64,000 nt of DNA from Candidatus Cloacimonadales bacterium (lineage in GTDB: Bacteria > Cloacimonadota > Cloacimonadia > Cloacimonadales > JAFGVF01): NCBI GenBank assembly GCA_963667035.1, contig OY762964.1:2112001-2176000 (forward strand), given 5' to 3'. The notes beneath the pieces are model-generated. The model saw nothing but the letters and a program-made list of their open reading frames with translations. It was not told where the DNA came from and did no database searches. Positions within the stretch are counted from its first letter, which is position 1. The number at the start of each line of letters is the position of its first letter. The position numbers were made by a program, and so were the translations under genes. Shown here piece by piece: positions 10,101 to 19,171 of the stretch.

Positions 10101-11501
10101 ATCATAAGAATATTTCTTGATAATCTCTAAAGCGAAATTGGAAGAGTTTATCAAATAGAGGTTTTGAGCTAGTAGATAAACTGTTTCTTGATTAGCCAAG
10201 TCCTTTTCAGTACTTAACTGCAAGCAATTTCTGAAAGTATTAGCAGCTTCCTGGTATTTCTTTAAACTCTGATAAGTCTTACCAATAGCAACCATAAGTG
10301 TAAGTTTTTGTTCAGCTTTTTTGGTTTTGCTTAATGAATATTCCAGAATCTCAAGCAGATTCTCAAAATTACATATATTTCTTAATTCTCTTAAAGTTTC
10401 TTCAAAGACTTTAGTATCGAATCTATCCAATAATCTATGGTAATCTGAAAGCTGAGAAAGAGGTGTATTAGTACTTTTAAGGAAGTCAAGAACCATTGAT
10501 GTATAGTTTACCCTTAATTCCTTATCTAAGTTAAGAAACCATCTTTGGAAATGGTCGGGGCTTATAACACACAATCTTTCCTTATGAGCTCTAACGAAAC
10601 TCTTTATTTTTAGAACTTCCAGACTCTTGCTAAACTTAGTTTTACCAATTAAAGTTTGTAACTCTTCAGCTTTTATTCTTCCGTCAGATAAGAAGACAAG
10701 ACTCATAAGTAGTCGATCTGTATCTGTGAGCTGATTAAGGAACATCGCATAAAAATCAGTATTTTGAGTTTTCTCTTCAACATACTTTAATATATCGAAC
10801 TTGTTACCCTTTTTATACTCATCAGAGTTCATAATATCTATAAGTAACAACTCAAGAGTTAGCATATTACCCTGTGTAATATTCCAAAGAATTTCACTCT
10901 CAAACACAAAATCTGAGTTCTTAGATGGGAACACATCCTGTATTATTGAAGTAATGCCTTGTATAGATAGTTCATGTAAACGCTCTACATGAGAGATATG
11001 AAAGTCATGGTCTTTCGTGAAGGCAAAAACTTTGATACCAATATCCTCTGCATATTGGACAAGGAATTGAATGAACTTACGTGAATGTTCAGTTAGAAAA
11101 TCTCCTTCCATAACAATTAAAGTAATAGACCGGAAGTAATAATCCCTATTTATTACTTCGGTGAGATAGAAAAAGAAGTCATAGTCGCAGGTAAACTCAT
11201 AGTCAGAGCTTTTTCTTATAATCTCATCATATTCGGATTCTTTAAGATTAGTTACAGCCAGTACAAGATCTTTTAATTGATTCCAAGACAAGACTCTAGG
11301 ATGATAGCAGAAATAATCCATTTTTCTGCTTTTTAACTCATTCTCAAGATGCTCCAATAAAAGATACTTACCTGTTCCGGTATAACCAATAATCTCAATG
11401 ATTTCGCTTTTTGAATCACCCTCTGTGAAGGTTTTACTATAACTTTTAAAATCTTCAGCTAAATAACTGCTTAAAATGCTTTCCAAGCTTTTGCTCATCA
11501 T
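7197..11501 (-). CDS. Large sigma54-dependent enhancer-binding protein: degenerate NTPase, TPR repeats, GAF, AAA+ and Fis-HTH
   Basis: C-terminal GPSGTGKEL, ESELFGHVKGSFTGA, FFLDEI, FRLDLYYRL, PGNVRQL and NQTKAAKHLGLSR. Central YNNLG TPRs. N-terminal GYTGTGK and TQGN motifs. Confidence 0.88.
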   Translation of the reverse strand: MMSKSLESILSSYLAEDFKSYSKTFTEGDSKSEIIEIIGYTGTGKYLLLEHLENELKSRKMDYFCYHPRVLSWNQLKDLVLAVTNLKESEYDEIIRKSSDYEFTCDYDFFFYLTEVINRDYYFRSITLIVMEGDFLTEHSRKFIQFLVQYAEDIGIKVFAFTKDHDFHISHVERLHELSIQGITSIIQDVFPSKNSDFVFESEILWNITQGNMLTLELLLIDIMNSDEYKKGNKFDILKYVEEKTQNTDFYAMFLNQLTDTDRLLMSLVFLSDGRIKAEELQTLIGKTKFSKSLEVLKIKSFVRAHKERLCVISPDHFQRWFLNLDKELRVNYTSMVLDFLKSTNTPLSQLSDYHRLLDRFDTKVFEETLRELRNICNFENLLEILEYSLSKTKKAEQKLTLMVAIGKTYQSLKKYQEAANTFRNCLQLSTEKDLANQETVYLLAQNLYLINSSNFALEIIKKYSYDELENTFKANLLILKAEILTEKEDFGNAMPQLDKALQAAFKIEGEKIRNTVLGNCHKARGKIYYYSNDWDHAENCFNDAKSYFEQGNVISGLAAIYNNLAVIPMLSGNWEESEALFLKSLEIEKSRYNLNGMSICYNNLGGLMDDKGDKEKSIYYLYQGLNIQKLLSDPYNITNIYNNIGVTHMDNSEFDKAEEAYNKSLQTAINFSFHRNTIATLNNIGALYFQQGKWNEAIDTYERAIGKSEETDFVDGLIRSYINLGELYEKRGELNIAYDLYFKGLELLPQINDQYIKAQIYGNLGSTLTKMHKFKEAYRYLVESFDYFKALEAKNEIIEGCQKQAVYFIVTMNHESADYYLKMSYNLAKELNNEYEIGNTWFLRAKLDRKDLNKAKGHLEKAVEIFERHNKIYELAEANYELANIVAETGEAEEALNILKRNKNVIKNFGSIKILEQNDLLYEKINKEYKKKVDEAKYQESILDKFYAISEMLNEIHDFDLLLNTAIDEIINISEADGGILCLYNAENMPESWEYKLFRNFTFKDQAYDYFMRLILETYNQKKRLSLKQPQEGKKYNHVITFPMNMRNQSLGVILLFSNHESYYFNDQINNLLNALTNQIIVSVENIRATNLEKTHEIIREELNSSNIFANIIGKHEKMMAIFDIIRKIKDTPTTVFLEGPSGTGKELIARAIHYSSNRKNKAFVAQYCGALPETLLESELFGHVKGSFTGAAYDKKGLFEIADGGTFFLDEIADISLSTQAKLLRFLQEGEVKRVGSTKTEKVNVRVVCATNVSLKKKVEQGEFRLDLYYRLNVIKIEVPALSERATDIPLLAIHFLDKFNKRINKQIKGFTDEALKYLMSYSFPGNVRQLENEIERAVTLADDESYIKPSDFSEEIFRFAENTQAVNMLTQNVSLKEAVERLEKNMIMEALEVTEWNQTKAAKHLGLSRQGLIKKMRRYELFKDGIEDDGE

Positions 11502-11792
11502 AACCTGCTTTTATTTTTTGCTCTCCGGTCTCCTAACTGTTAACAAAGTAACCAATACACTTTTTTAATTTCATAAGTCAAGCGTAAATTTGTATATCTT
11601 GTTTAATATTGAGAATACCCATCACATATCTTATTGTAGATTAAACCCTTAAATAGGTGTAAACAAACTTCACAATTAATCATTGTTAAGAGATTCTCAG
11701 ATATGGTTGCAGTAAAATATTGATATTTTAAGTATGGGATCTATAAAATAGTAGACTTTAGAGACAGTAGAAAATTAGGGATGATATATCGG

Positions 11793-12128
11793 TTATCTAT
11801 TTCTTCTTCTCAATTCCTTTCTATAGATTTTATAGTTGTTGTATACAACAAATCCAAATACAACATCTGTAATTGTAAACACTAGATTAAATCCCTTCTC
11901 GTCATCTCGAAGATAAAGTACCGTAAAGACAGTAAATGGAATTAGCAATCCTAACTTTAGCAAATATATTCCTCTCTTTACTCCCAACTTTTTCATAACC
12001 AATCTAGCAAGGGGATTTCTTTCTTGTCTATATTTATTGGGTTTCAATACTAACCAGGTGGAATGTGCATCCAGTATATTTAAGATTAAAAAGACTATTA
12101 GCAGTAGAACAGATGTTACACTTTTCAT
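11793..12128 (-). CDS. Small membrane protein (DUF5658-like)
   Basis: Hydrophobic helices with LDxxST and ExNP motifs. Coupled to the upstream gene. Confidence 0.55.
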   Translation of the reverse strand: MKSVTSVLLLIVFLILNILDAHSTWLVLKPNKYRQERNPLARLVMKKLGVKRGIYLLKLGLLIPFTVFTVLYLRDDEKGFNLVFTITDVVFGFVVYNNYKIYRKELRRRNR

Positions 12129-12676
12129 TATAACCCCAAGATATCTGCGTGAGCTATCATGGCTAACAAAGCTAGTTCCAAGAACTCAGTTAAATCCATA
12201 TTCAAGGTCTCACAATAACTTATTTGCTCCCTGGATACACCAGCAGCAAAACTCTTGGATTTAAACTTCTTCTTTAAAGACTTTAACTTTACCTGTTCGA
12301 GCTTTTTATCAGGTTGCATAAGTGCAGTTGCAGTTATAAGTCCGTTTACAGGATCGGAAATCCAAAGGGACTTTTCCATCAGGGAATCCAGATTTTTATG
12401 TTTATTGTGAGATTTGATGGCATCTAAAATATGTTTAGGGACATCATATTGAGAAAGTATCTCAATTGCTTTCAGAGCATGATGTTCCATATCATCACCA
12501 ATTACATCTAAATCTATATCATGTAAGAGTCCGGTAATATAGTACTCTTCTTTGTTCGAATCAAATCTCTCAGCCAGTGCTTCCATTACATACGCGGTAG
12601 CTAAACAATGTTTTATGGTATTCGTTGTCGTTACATACTTCTTCAATAACTCTAAAGCATATTCTCTGCTAATCAT
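12128..12676 (-). CDS. HDIG/HD-domain phosphohydrolase
   Basis: KHCLAT, GLLHDID and LKKKFKSKSFAAG motifs typical of small HDIG proteins. Confidence 0.85.
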   Translation of the reverse strand: MISREYALELLKKYVTTTNTIKHCLATAYVMEALAERFDSNKEEYYITGLLHDIDLDVIGDDMEHHALKAIEILSQYDVPKHILDAIKSHNKHKNLDSLMEKSLWISDPVNGLITATALMQPDKKLEQVKLKSLKKKFKSKSFAAGVSREQISYCETLNMDLTEFLELALLAMIAHADILGL

Positions 12677-13475
12677 CTGTCACTTCCTCAAATTTTCTTA
12701 ACATTTCATACGCTGCAACAGCATAGCTTACACCTACATTCAAAGAGTTCTTCCAACCTCTAACCGGAATTCGTATTACGCAATCACATTGATTCAGGAT
12801 CTCAGGGGTAAGTCCAAGAGCTTCGTTTCCCATAACCAAAGCTATAGCTTTGTGAGGGGTATATTCGTACAAGTCTATACTCGGTTCTGCAGTTTCTAAT
12901 GCTAAAATAGTATATCCTTTCTTCTTAAGCATCTCAATAACCATGGAAGTTTCAGCGTAGTACTCCCAATCTACATGTTCGGCAGTATTCATTGAAGTTT
13001 CCTGTACATCCTTCATCTCAGGTGTCGGAGTAATACCACAACAGAATATCTTTCTTGCTTTCACGCATTCTGTTGTCCGGAATATTGAGCCGACATTAAA
13101 AGTAGACCTTAAATTATCCAGAATAACAACCATTGGGATTTCTTTGTAGGAAGTATCGACTTTATCTTTAGTATAAATATGTAGTTCTTTTTCTTTAAAC
13201 CTATCATTTAACTTGTTTCTAAGATTAGCTAATGATAGAGAGAACTTTCTTTCATCATCTATCAAAGTTGAGATTATCCTGTAATCTTCCAGTTCGCCAG
13301 TCTCCTCGTCAATAAATCCAAGACAATTAGCGTAGGACACCTTCAACTCTTGAAAGCGGTTTTCATCTTTTCTGGATAACTCTATAGCTTTAAGAATCTC
13401 AAGCAGTATTCTAAACTGTTTATCAACAGTAAAACTTCTGAATTTACTTTCAGAATAAATCAGTTTCTTCTTCAC
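12669..13475 (-). CDS. TrmH/SpoU family RNA methyltransferase with N-terminal extension
   Basis: SPOUT motifs LDNLRSTFNVGSIFRT, MGNEALG and SLNV. Confidence 0.88.
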   Translation of the reverse strand: MKKKLIYSESKFRSFTVDKQFRILLEILKAIELSRKDENRFQELKVSYANCLGFIDEETGELEDYRIISTLIDDERKFSLSLANLRNKLNDRFKEKELHIYTKDKVDTSYKEIPMVVILDNLRSTFNVGSIFRTTECVKARKIFCCGITPTPEMKDVQETSMNTAEHVDWEYYAETSMVIEMLKKKGYTILALETAEPSIDLYEYTPHKAIALVMGNEALGLTPEILNQCDCVIRIPVRGWKNSLNVGVSYAVAAYEMLRKFEEVTDD

Positions 13476-13477
13476 TA

Positions 13478-14779
13478 TTAGCTCTTAAAGTCTACTTGAG
13501 AAGTCTTTATATGCAGATCTCTTTGTGGGAAAGGTATCTCAATGTTATTCTCTTTAAAAGCATCCCAGATTGCCAGTAATACTTCCGAGCGAATGTTAAC
13601 GATACCTTTTTGAGGATCTCTTATCCAGAACTGAAGTTCAAAGTTCACGGAACTATCTCCAAACTCTTTTAGAAAACTCTCAGGTTTTGGTCTTTTTAGG
13701 ACTCTTTCGAATTTTCCGGGAATCTGTTCAAGTATCTCTTTAACTTTATGTACATCCGAACTGTAAGAGACACCAATTGAGGCATCTACTCGGATAAGAC
13801 GATTACTATGAGACCAGTTTATAACAGGTTTTGAAATAAGGTCTTCATTGGGTATAAGTATCTCCTTCCCTTCGATAGTAACGAGGGAAGTATATCGGCT
13901 ACTCATCTGCTTCACGGAGCCGTAAGTATTACCCATTTCAATAACATCACCCGGTTTTATGGAATCATCTAATAAAAGGGTGAAACCGCTTAACAGATTG
14001 GAGAATATCTTTTGCAGACCAATACCAATACCAAGACCTATACCACCGGTAAAGATAGATAGAGTTGTCATGCTTATTCCAAGACTACCCATGAGCATAA
14101 ATCCTGCGAAGGCATAAATGAAATAGGTTATGGTTTTGCTTAGCAATACTTGCATTGTAGGACGTAAGGATTTACTGTTTCTCAGTTTTAAATCCAAGAA
14201 ATGCAAGATTTTTTTCATTACCCAGAACAAGAAGATAGCTAGCACAAATGAGGTAAGAATAGAGTACAGTTCTAAATTAACTTCACCAAAGTTAAGCTTT
14301 ATTGTTTGTAGCATTTCCTGAGTTTTGTCCCAAATACCGAGAATACTCAAAATTGCTCTAACCCAGAACCATATCTGGATTACTTTCTTCACAAATGAAT
14401 TGTCTATAATCAAGGTTGTGAGTTTTATCACAAGCCAGATTTGGTAAAAATTAGCAACAATTTTTATGAATGATACAGGTAAATGGGCAAAAATCAAGAT
14501 TTGACTTGCTACCCCAAGGAATATAACGGTTAGCATAGGGCTAACAAATCTGTAAACATACTCCATGAACTTCCTGGTTTTGGGGTGATTCTCATTAATC
14601 TTTATCTTTTTCAGACTTATGTTAATGATTTTTGTCAAAGGATATGAAGCAACTATGGAGCCTGCAACAACTCCAAGTTGGATTAGAATATTCCAACCGG
14701 TAAAATTATTCATCAAAAGCCGATAGAATTCTTTAAGATAATCAATTATTATAGCTTGAACTTCAGTGTAATCTGTCAT
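13478..14779 (-). CDS. MscS-family mechanosensitive channel with multiple TM helices
   Basis: GIGIGLQKIFSNLLSG, IKPGDVI, FGDSSVNFEL and IEIPFPQRDLH motifs. Confidence 0.9.
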   Translation of the reverse strand: MTDYTEVQAIIIDYLKEFYRLLMNNFTGWNILIQLGVVAGSIVASYPLTKIINISLKKIKINENHPKTRKFMEYVYRFVSPMLTVIFLGVASQILIFAHLPVSFIKIVANFYQIWLVIKLTTLIIDNSFVKKVIQIWFWVRAILSILGIWDKTQEMLQTIKLNFGEVNLELYSILTSFVLAIFLFWVMKKILHFLDLKLRNSKSLRPTMQVLLSKTITYFIYAFAGFMLMGSLGISMTTLSIFTGGIGLGIGIGLQKIFSNLLSGFTLLLDDSIKPGDVIEMGNTYGSVKQMSSRYTSLVTIEGKEILIPNEDLISKPVINWSHSNRLIRVDASIGVSYSSDVHKVKEILEQIPGKFERVLKRPKPESFLKEFGDSSVNFELQFWIRDPQKGIVNIRSEVLLAIWDAFKENNIEIPFPQRDLHIKTSQVDFKS

Positions 14780-15879
14780 TATTTAATTAAGTCCCTATAT
14801 AACTTCTCTATTTGTTCTCTTTTAACATCCAATGGATTAAGAGCCATATTTCTACTATCCATGACTTCAGGAGCTCTGTGTTTGATAAATTCCTCGGTTA
14901 TAATCATATCTACAGCTGAAAGGTTAAATTTGTCCAACCAGTCATAGAATTGCTCTTTTGAAATACTTATATTTTGAAACAACTCGTCAAGTTCAGCTTT
15001 CAAATACGGATAATACAATTCCATCATCGGTTTCATAAATATCCCGTTTGCCAGACCGTGAGAGACTCCATATACGGTAGTTATAGGATAACCAATGGAA
15101 TGTTGCAAAGTTGTACTCGAATGAGAGATAACCATGCCGCCATATAGAGAAGCTTGCATCATCGCTTCTCTTGCTTCCAAATTATCAGGTTCATTTATAG
15201 CAATCTCAAGATTATCTATTATAAGCTTAATTCCTTTATGAATTAAGGGATAAGTCAACTTCTCTCTTTTATTTGAGTACAATCCTTCCAAAAGATGACT
15301 TAAAGCATCTATACCGGTATCTCTTGTTACCTTAGGTGACATAGAGCTGGTATAAGAAGGATCACAAAACGAGAGGTCCGGGAAGTTAACCGGGGAACCG
15401 AATCCCGCTTTTTTCCCACTTGATTCATCAGTTATAACACTGTATGGAGTAGCTTCCGTTCCTGTTCCACTTGTTGTGGGTATTGCTACCAATGGAAGAG
15501 CTGAGTTATAGAATGAAGGATTAAATATGTCCCTAAGCCTGATATTGTTTTTTGCCAGAATTGCAATTGCTTTTGCTGCATCAATTGGGCTTCCTCCACC
15601 TATTGCAATTATAAAATCACATTTATTTTGCTTACAAATATAGCGACCTTCCTGAACGGATTCCAGTGTAGGATTCTCTCTTATTTTATCATAAATAACA
15701 AATTCCGTATTGTTTTCTTTGAGGATTGAAGTAATATGCTCTAAAGCTCCTGATTTAATTGCTGAACTTTTGCCGGTTACTATCAAAGCATTCGTCCCTA
15801 AACATCTTAGTAATTCTTTGTTCTCATTAACACAATTGTATCCGAATAAAACCTTTGTCGGCATGTAAAAGGAATTCAT
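14779..15879 (-). CDS. Iron-containing alcohol dehydrogenase
   Basis: GGGSPIDAAK, PTTSGTGTE, DALSH and H..HG metal ligands. Confidence 0.9.
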   Translation of the reverse strand: MNSFYMPTKVLFGYNCVNENKELLRCLGTNALIVTGKSSAIKSGALEHITSILKENNTEFVIYDKIRENPTLESVQEGRYICKQNKCDFIIAIGGGSPIDAAKAIAILAKNNIRLRDIFNPSFYNSALPLVAIPTTSGTGTEATPYSVITDESSGKKAGFGSPVNFPDLSFCDPSYTSSMSPKVTRDTGIDALSHLLEGLYSNKREKLTYPLIHKGIKLIIDNLEIAINEPDNLEAREAMMQASLYGGMVISHSSTTLQHSIGYPITTVYGVSHGLANGIFMKPMMELYYPYLKAELDELFQNISISKEQFYDWLDKFNLSAVDMIITEEFIKHRAPEVMDSRNMALNPLDVKREQIEKLYRDLIK

Positions 15880-16178
15880 TATAGCTCCACATAATATTTT
15901 TGTTATTACTATCAGAATAATTCACTTGCTGTCAAATGTTATTTAATATCACCTATTACATTTCAGGTCAAATGTTTTTGTTTTATATCGTTATATATGC
16001 TAGTGCCATCTCAAATCATAGTCTGAATTATGTTTAAATTTAATGGAGAATTGATACTATTGTATGAATTAATGGATTCAAACAATCCGAAAATCATATT
16101 CAGTGCAAATTGCAATAAGTTACGTTAATTTATTGTCCTAAGACACCCTTTTCTATTCACGTTCTTCGCAGTAAAAAG

Positions 16179-16278
16179 CAACGCACTGTGCTTGCAGTGT
16201 TCAGGCACTGTGAACGCACTATCAACCCACTGAAACACCGGGCTGGTAGTGCCTGCACAGTGGAATCACAGTGGGAAA
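16179..16278. repeat. Palindromic array of phased 11-bp units with core (G/C)CACTGT
   Basis: Five direct 11-mers at 16179-16233 followed by three inverted units at 16246-16278. Confidence 0.75.
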
Positions 16279-16412
16279 ATACCGTGTTAATGAAGTGTAT
16301 AGTTAATGAACAGTTAAATAGCAGAATTATCGTGAATGAATAAATCTGAATTGCATCAATACACGGATTATTGAAGCCGAGGTCTACTCTTAGTTTTGTG
16401 TACTAGTCTTTG

Positions 16413-16727
16413 TTAATCAAGATAATCTATCGCAACTCCTGACATATGATACTTATAGTTTGTTTTCCAGAATAGTATACTTTTGGTCTCATACTCATCA
16501 ATCACAATATTTACGGCATCATCAGCTTCCGGATATTTCTTGATAGCTTCTTCCAACAGTAGAGTAAAACCTGATTTATTAACTTTCTTCTTTAACTCAA
16601 CTCTACCTAATATTCTGTACTTAGATCCATCTGAGGGGAAATTTGTTGTTGTCATTAATGGACGATATTTAGAACAACCTAAAAGTAAAACAAACAGTAT
16701 TACAAAAGAAAATACATACTTCAACAT
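16413..16727 (-). CDS. Small lipoprotein of unknown function
   Basis: Lipobox LLGC, GAGG RBS and C-terminal GVAI. Confidence 0.7.
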   Translation of the reverse strand: MLKYVFSFVILFVLLLGCSKYRPLMTTTNFPSDGSKYRILGRVELKKKVNKSGFTLLLEEAIKKYPEADDAVNIVIDEYETKSILFWKTNYKYHMSGVAIDYLD

Positions 16728-16965
16728 AGTACAACCTCATTTTATATAGCTTGTTAAATATATATACAATGGCTTATCATTGTCAAGCCTATTTCTTATC
16801 TTTTACTTTTTTCTTAAGGATCCACTATTAGCTTTATACTTTTAAATCACATTTAGTCCCATCAATATTATTGAGATTCATCATATTATTCATTCTAAAT
16901 ATATTATACAATCCACTCAATATATTAGATTGACAGTTATCTTGACCAATCGCTTATTTGCAAGT

Positions 16966-19149
16966 ATGAAATACGTTAAGTTAACTCCTGATAATTTCAT
17001 CTCAGAAATGCAAAAGGTTTATCCTAATCTGAATCGGACCAAATTGAAAGATGTTTGGAATTATGCTTTGGAAGCTCATGGCGAGCAAAAAAGAGCATCA
17101 GGAGAGCATTATATAGTTCATCCTATGAACGTTGCCTATATCCTAGCCCAGATGGAAATGGATTGTACAACAATAACAGCAGGTATATTGCACGATGTTG
17201 TTGAAGATACAGGAATAACTGAAATAGAGTTGGAAAAAAGATTTGGTGAGCAAGTAGCTAAGCTTGTTGATGGAGTAACAAAAGTAGGCAAACTATCTTA
17301 TTCAATGCAGGCAAGCCCGTTTGAACAACAAGCAGAGAACTACCGAAAGCTTTTGTTTGCCGTTGTAGATGATGTTAGAGTAATATTCATAAAGCTTGCA
17401 GACCGAATACACAACATGAGAACTCTAAAGTATCTACCTCCGGAGAAGCAGAAAGCAATTGCAAGTGAGACTCTGGAAATATATGTTCCATTGGCTAACA
17501 GATTCGGAATAACCGCATTAAAATGGGAACTCGAAGATTTATGCTTAAAACACTTATATCCCGATCAATACAAAGAAATAAACTCTCATATCCACGAAAA
17601 AAAAGCTACTAGAGACAAATATGTAAAATATTTTGTGAAGAAAGTGGAAAGATTCTTGAGTGAATCCGGAATTGAGGCTAAGATATCAGGACGAAGCAAA
17701 CACTTCTTCAGTATATTTCGTAAAAAAATGAGACGAAAATTGTCTTATGAAGAAATCTATGATTACACAGCTATTAGAATAATTGTTAACAGTATTGATG
17801 ACTGTTATCATTGTCTTGATGTTATAAATTCAAAGTTTACACCACTACCGGAAAGATTTAAAGACTATATAGGCCAGCCTAAACCTAACGGATATAGATC
17901 GATTCATCATGTTGTGTTTAGTGAAGAGGGTTGGACTGTCGAGATTCAAATTAGAACCAATGAAATGCACATGGAAGCTGAAGAGGGAAGAGCAGCCCAT
18001 TGGCGTTATAAAGAGTTCTATGATGTCGGTAATAAGAACAACAAAAAACTTGCAGTGCAAACAGAAACAATTGCCAAGCAGGTGCAATGGCTGAGAACAT
18101 TCCTAAAAAATCACCCTGATGCAGACCCGACTAGCTTTATCCGCTCACTTAAATCAGATTTAAACATGGATAACATAATAGTAAAGACTCCAAAAGGAGA
18201 CTATTTGGAACTTCCTGCAGGTTCCACAGCTCTTGACTTTGCATTCTCTGTACATACCGATCTTGGCTTTAAGTGTAATGGAGCAAGAGTTAATGGGAAA
18301 ATAGCACCGTTGGATACTATTCTTAGTAATGGGGATCTGGTCGAAGTAATGAGAGGCAAAGAGATAAAGCCAAGTAAGGATTGGCTTCTATTCTTAAAAA
18401 CTACCAGAGCTAAGCAAAGAGTTAGAAGTTGGTTCAGACAAAAAGAATTGGAAGATGCCTACATACTTGGTCAGAAACTCTTTGATAGATTCTACAAAAA
18501 AACAACTAAAAAGACTAAAAGAGATGAACTTCTTAATCAAGCAATACAACTTTGTAAGTATGAAAGTGACAGAGAATTCCTAATTGCATTAGGTAGAGGT
18601 TCTCTAGATCCTATTAAAGTATGGGAACTTCTGTATCCTCCTGAAGTAGACGTTGATAATTCAACTGATGAAATCAACTTAAAACCTTATGACACAAACA
18701 AGAATGCTATTTCGCTTGATGGAATTGATAACTTGATGGTGCACTTTGCTAAATGTTGTAATCCGGTTAGAGGTGATGAAATCGTTGGCTATGTTACAAG
18801 AGGAAGAGGGCTAACAATCCATTTGAAGGATTGTAAGAATCCTGCCTTTAGAAACTTATTACAGACTGAGAGTGAACGAATTGTTAGTGTGGTATGGGAT
18901 AAACGAGGGAAAGGTAAAGACTTATTCCCTGTTAGAATGGTTGTAGAAGCTATGAATAAGCCACATATATTAGACAAGGTTCTGATAGTGATTGCTAAAG
19001 CGAAAGTAAAGATACACGATCAAAGATACGTTCCGGAAAAAGAAATGCTGAAACTTTTCCTAACAGTACTCGTTACCGATAAAAAGCAACTGGAAAGCCT
19101 TCAGACTAAAATTAGAAAAGTTAAAGGTATCTTATCGGTAAAAGCATAA
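16966..19149 (+). CDS. rel: Bifunctional (p)ppGpp synthetase/hydrolase (Rel/SpoT)
   Basis: Hydrolase motifs HDVVED and KLADRIHNMRT. Synthetase motifs RFKD, EIQIRT and AAHWRYK. TGS, CC and ACT domains. Start placed at the first ATG. Confidence 0.93.
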   Translation: MKYVKLTPDNFISEMQKVYPNLNRTKLKDVWNYALEAHGEQKRASGEHYIVHPMNVAYILAQMEMDCTTITAGILHDVVEDTGITEIELEKRFGEQVAKLVDGVTKVGKLSYSMQASPFEQQAENYRKLLFAVVDDVRVIFIKLADRIHNMRTLKYLPPEKQKAIASETLEIYVPLANRFGITALKWELEDLCLKHLYPDQYKEINSHIHEKKATRDKYVKYFVKKVERFLSESGIEAKISGRSKHFFSIFRKKMRRKLSYEEIYDYTAIRIIVNSIDDCYHCLDVINSKFTPLPERFKDYIGQPKPNGYRSIHHVVFSEEGWTVEIQIRTNEMHMEAEEGRAAHWRYKEFYDVGNKNNKKLAVQTETIAKQVQWLRTFLKNHPDADPTSFIRSLKSDLNMDNIIVKTPKGDYLELPAGSTALDFAFSVHTDLGFKCNGARVNGKIAPLDTILSNGDLVEVMRGKEIKPSKDWLLFLKTTRAKQRVRSWFRQKELEDAYILGQKLFDRFYKKTTKKTKRDELLNQAIQLCKYESDREFLIALGRGSLDPIKVWELLYPPEVDVDNSTDEINLKPYDTNKNAISLDGIDNLMVHFAKCCNPVRGDEIVGYVTRGRGLTIHLKDCKNPAFRNLLQTESERIVSVVWDKRGKGKDLFPVRMVVEAMNKPHILDKVLIVIAKAKVKIHDQRYVPEKEMLKLFLTVLVTDKKQLESLQTKIRKVKGILSVKA

Positions 19150-19171
19150 AGCCCCATATATATGGTAAGAT

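Noticed and set aside
11610..11720. TGT-N11-ACA as an activator autoregulatory site
   Set aside because: A single low-information match with no -24/-12 promoter nearby.
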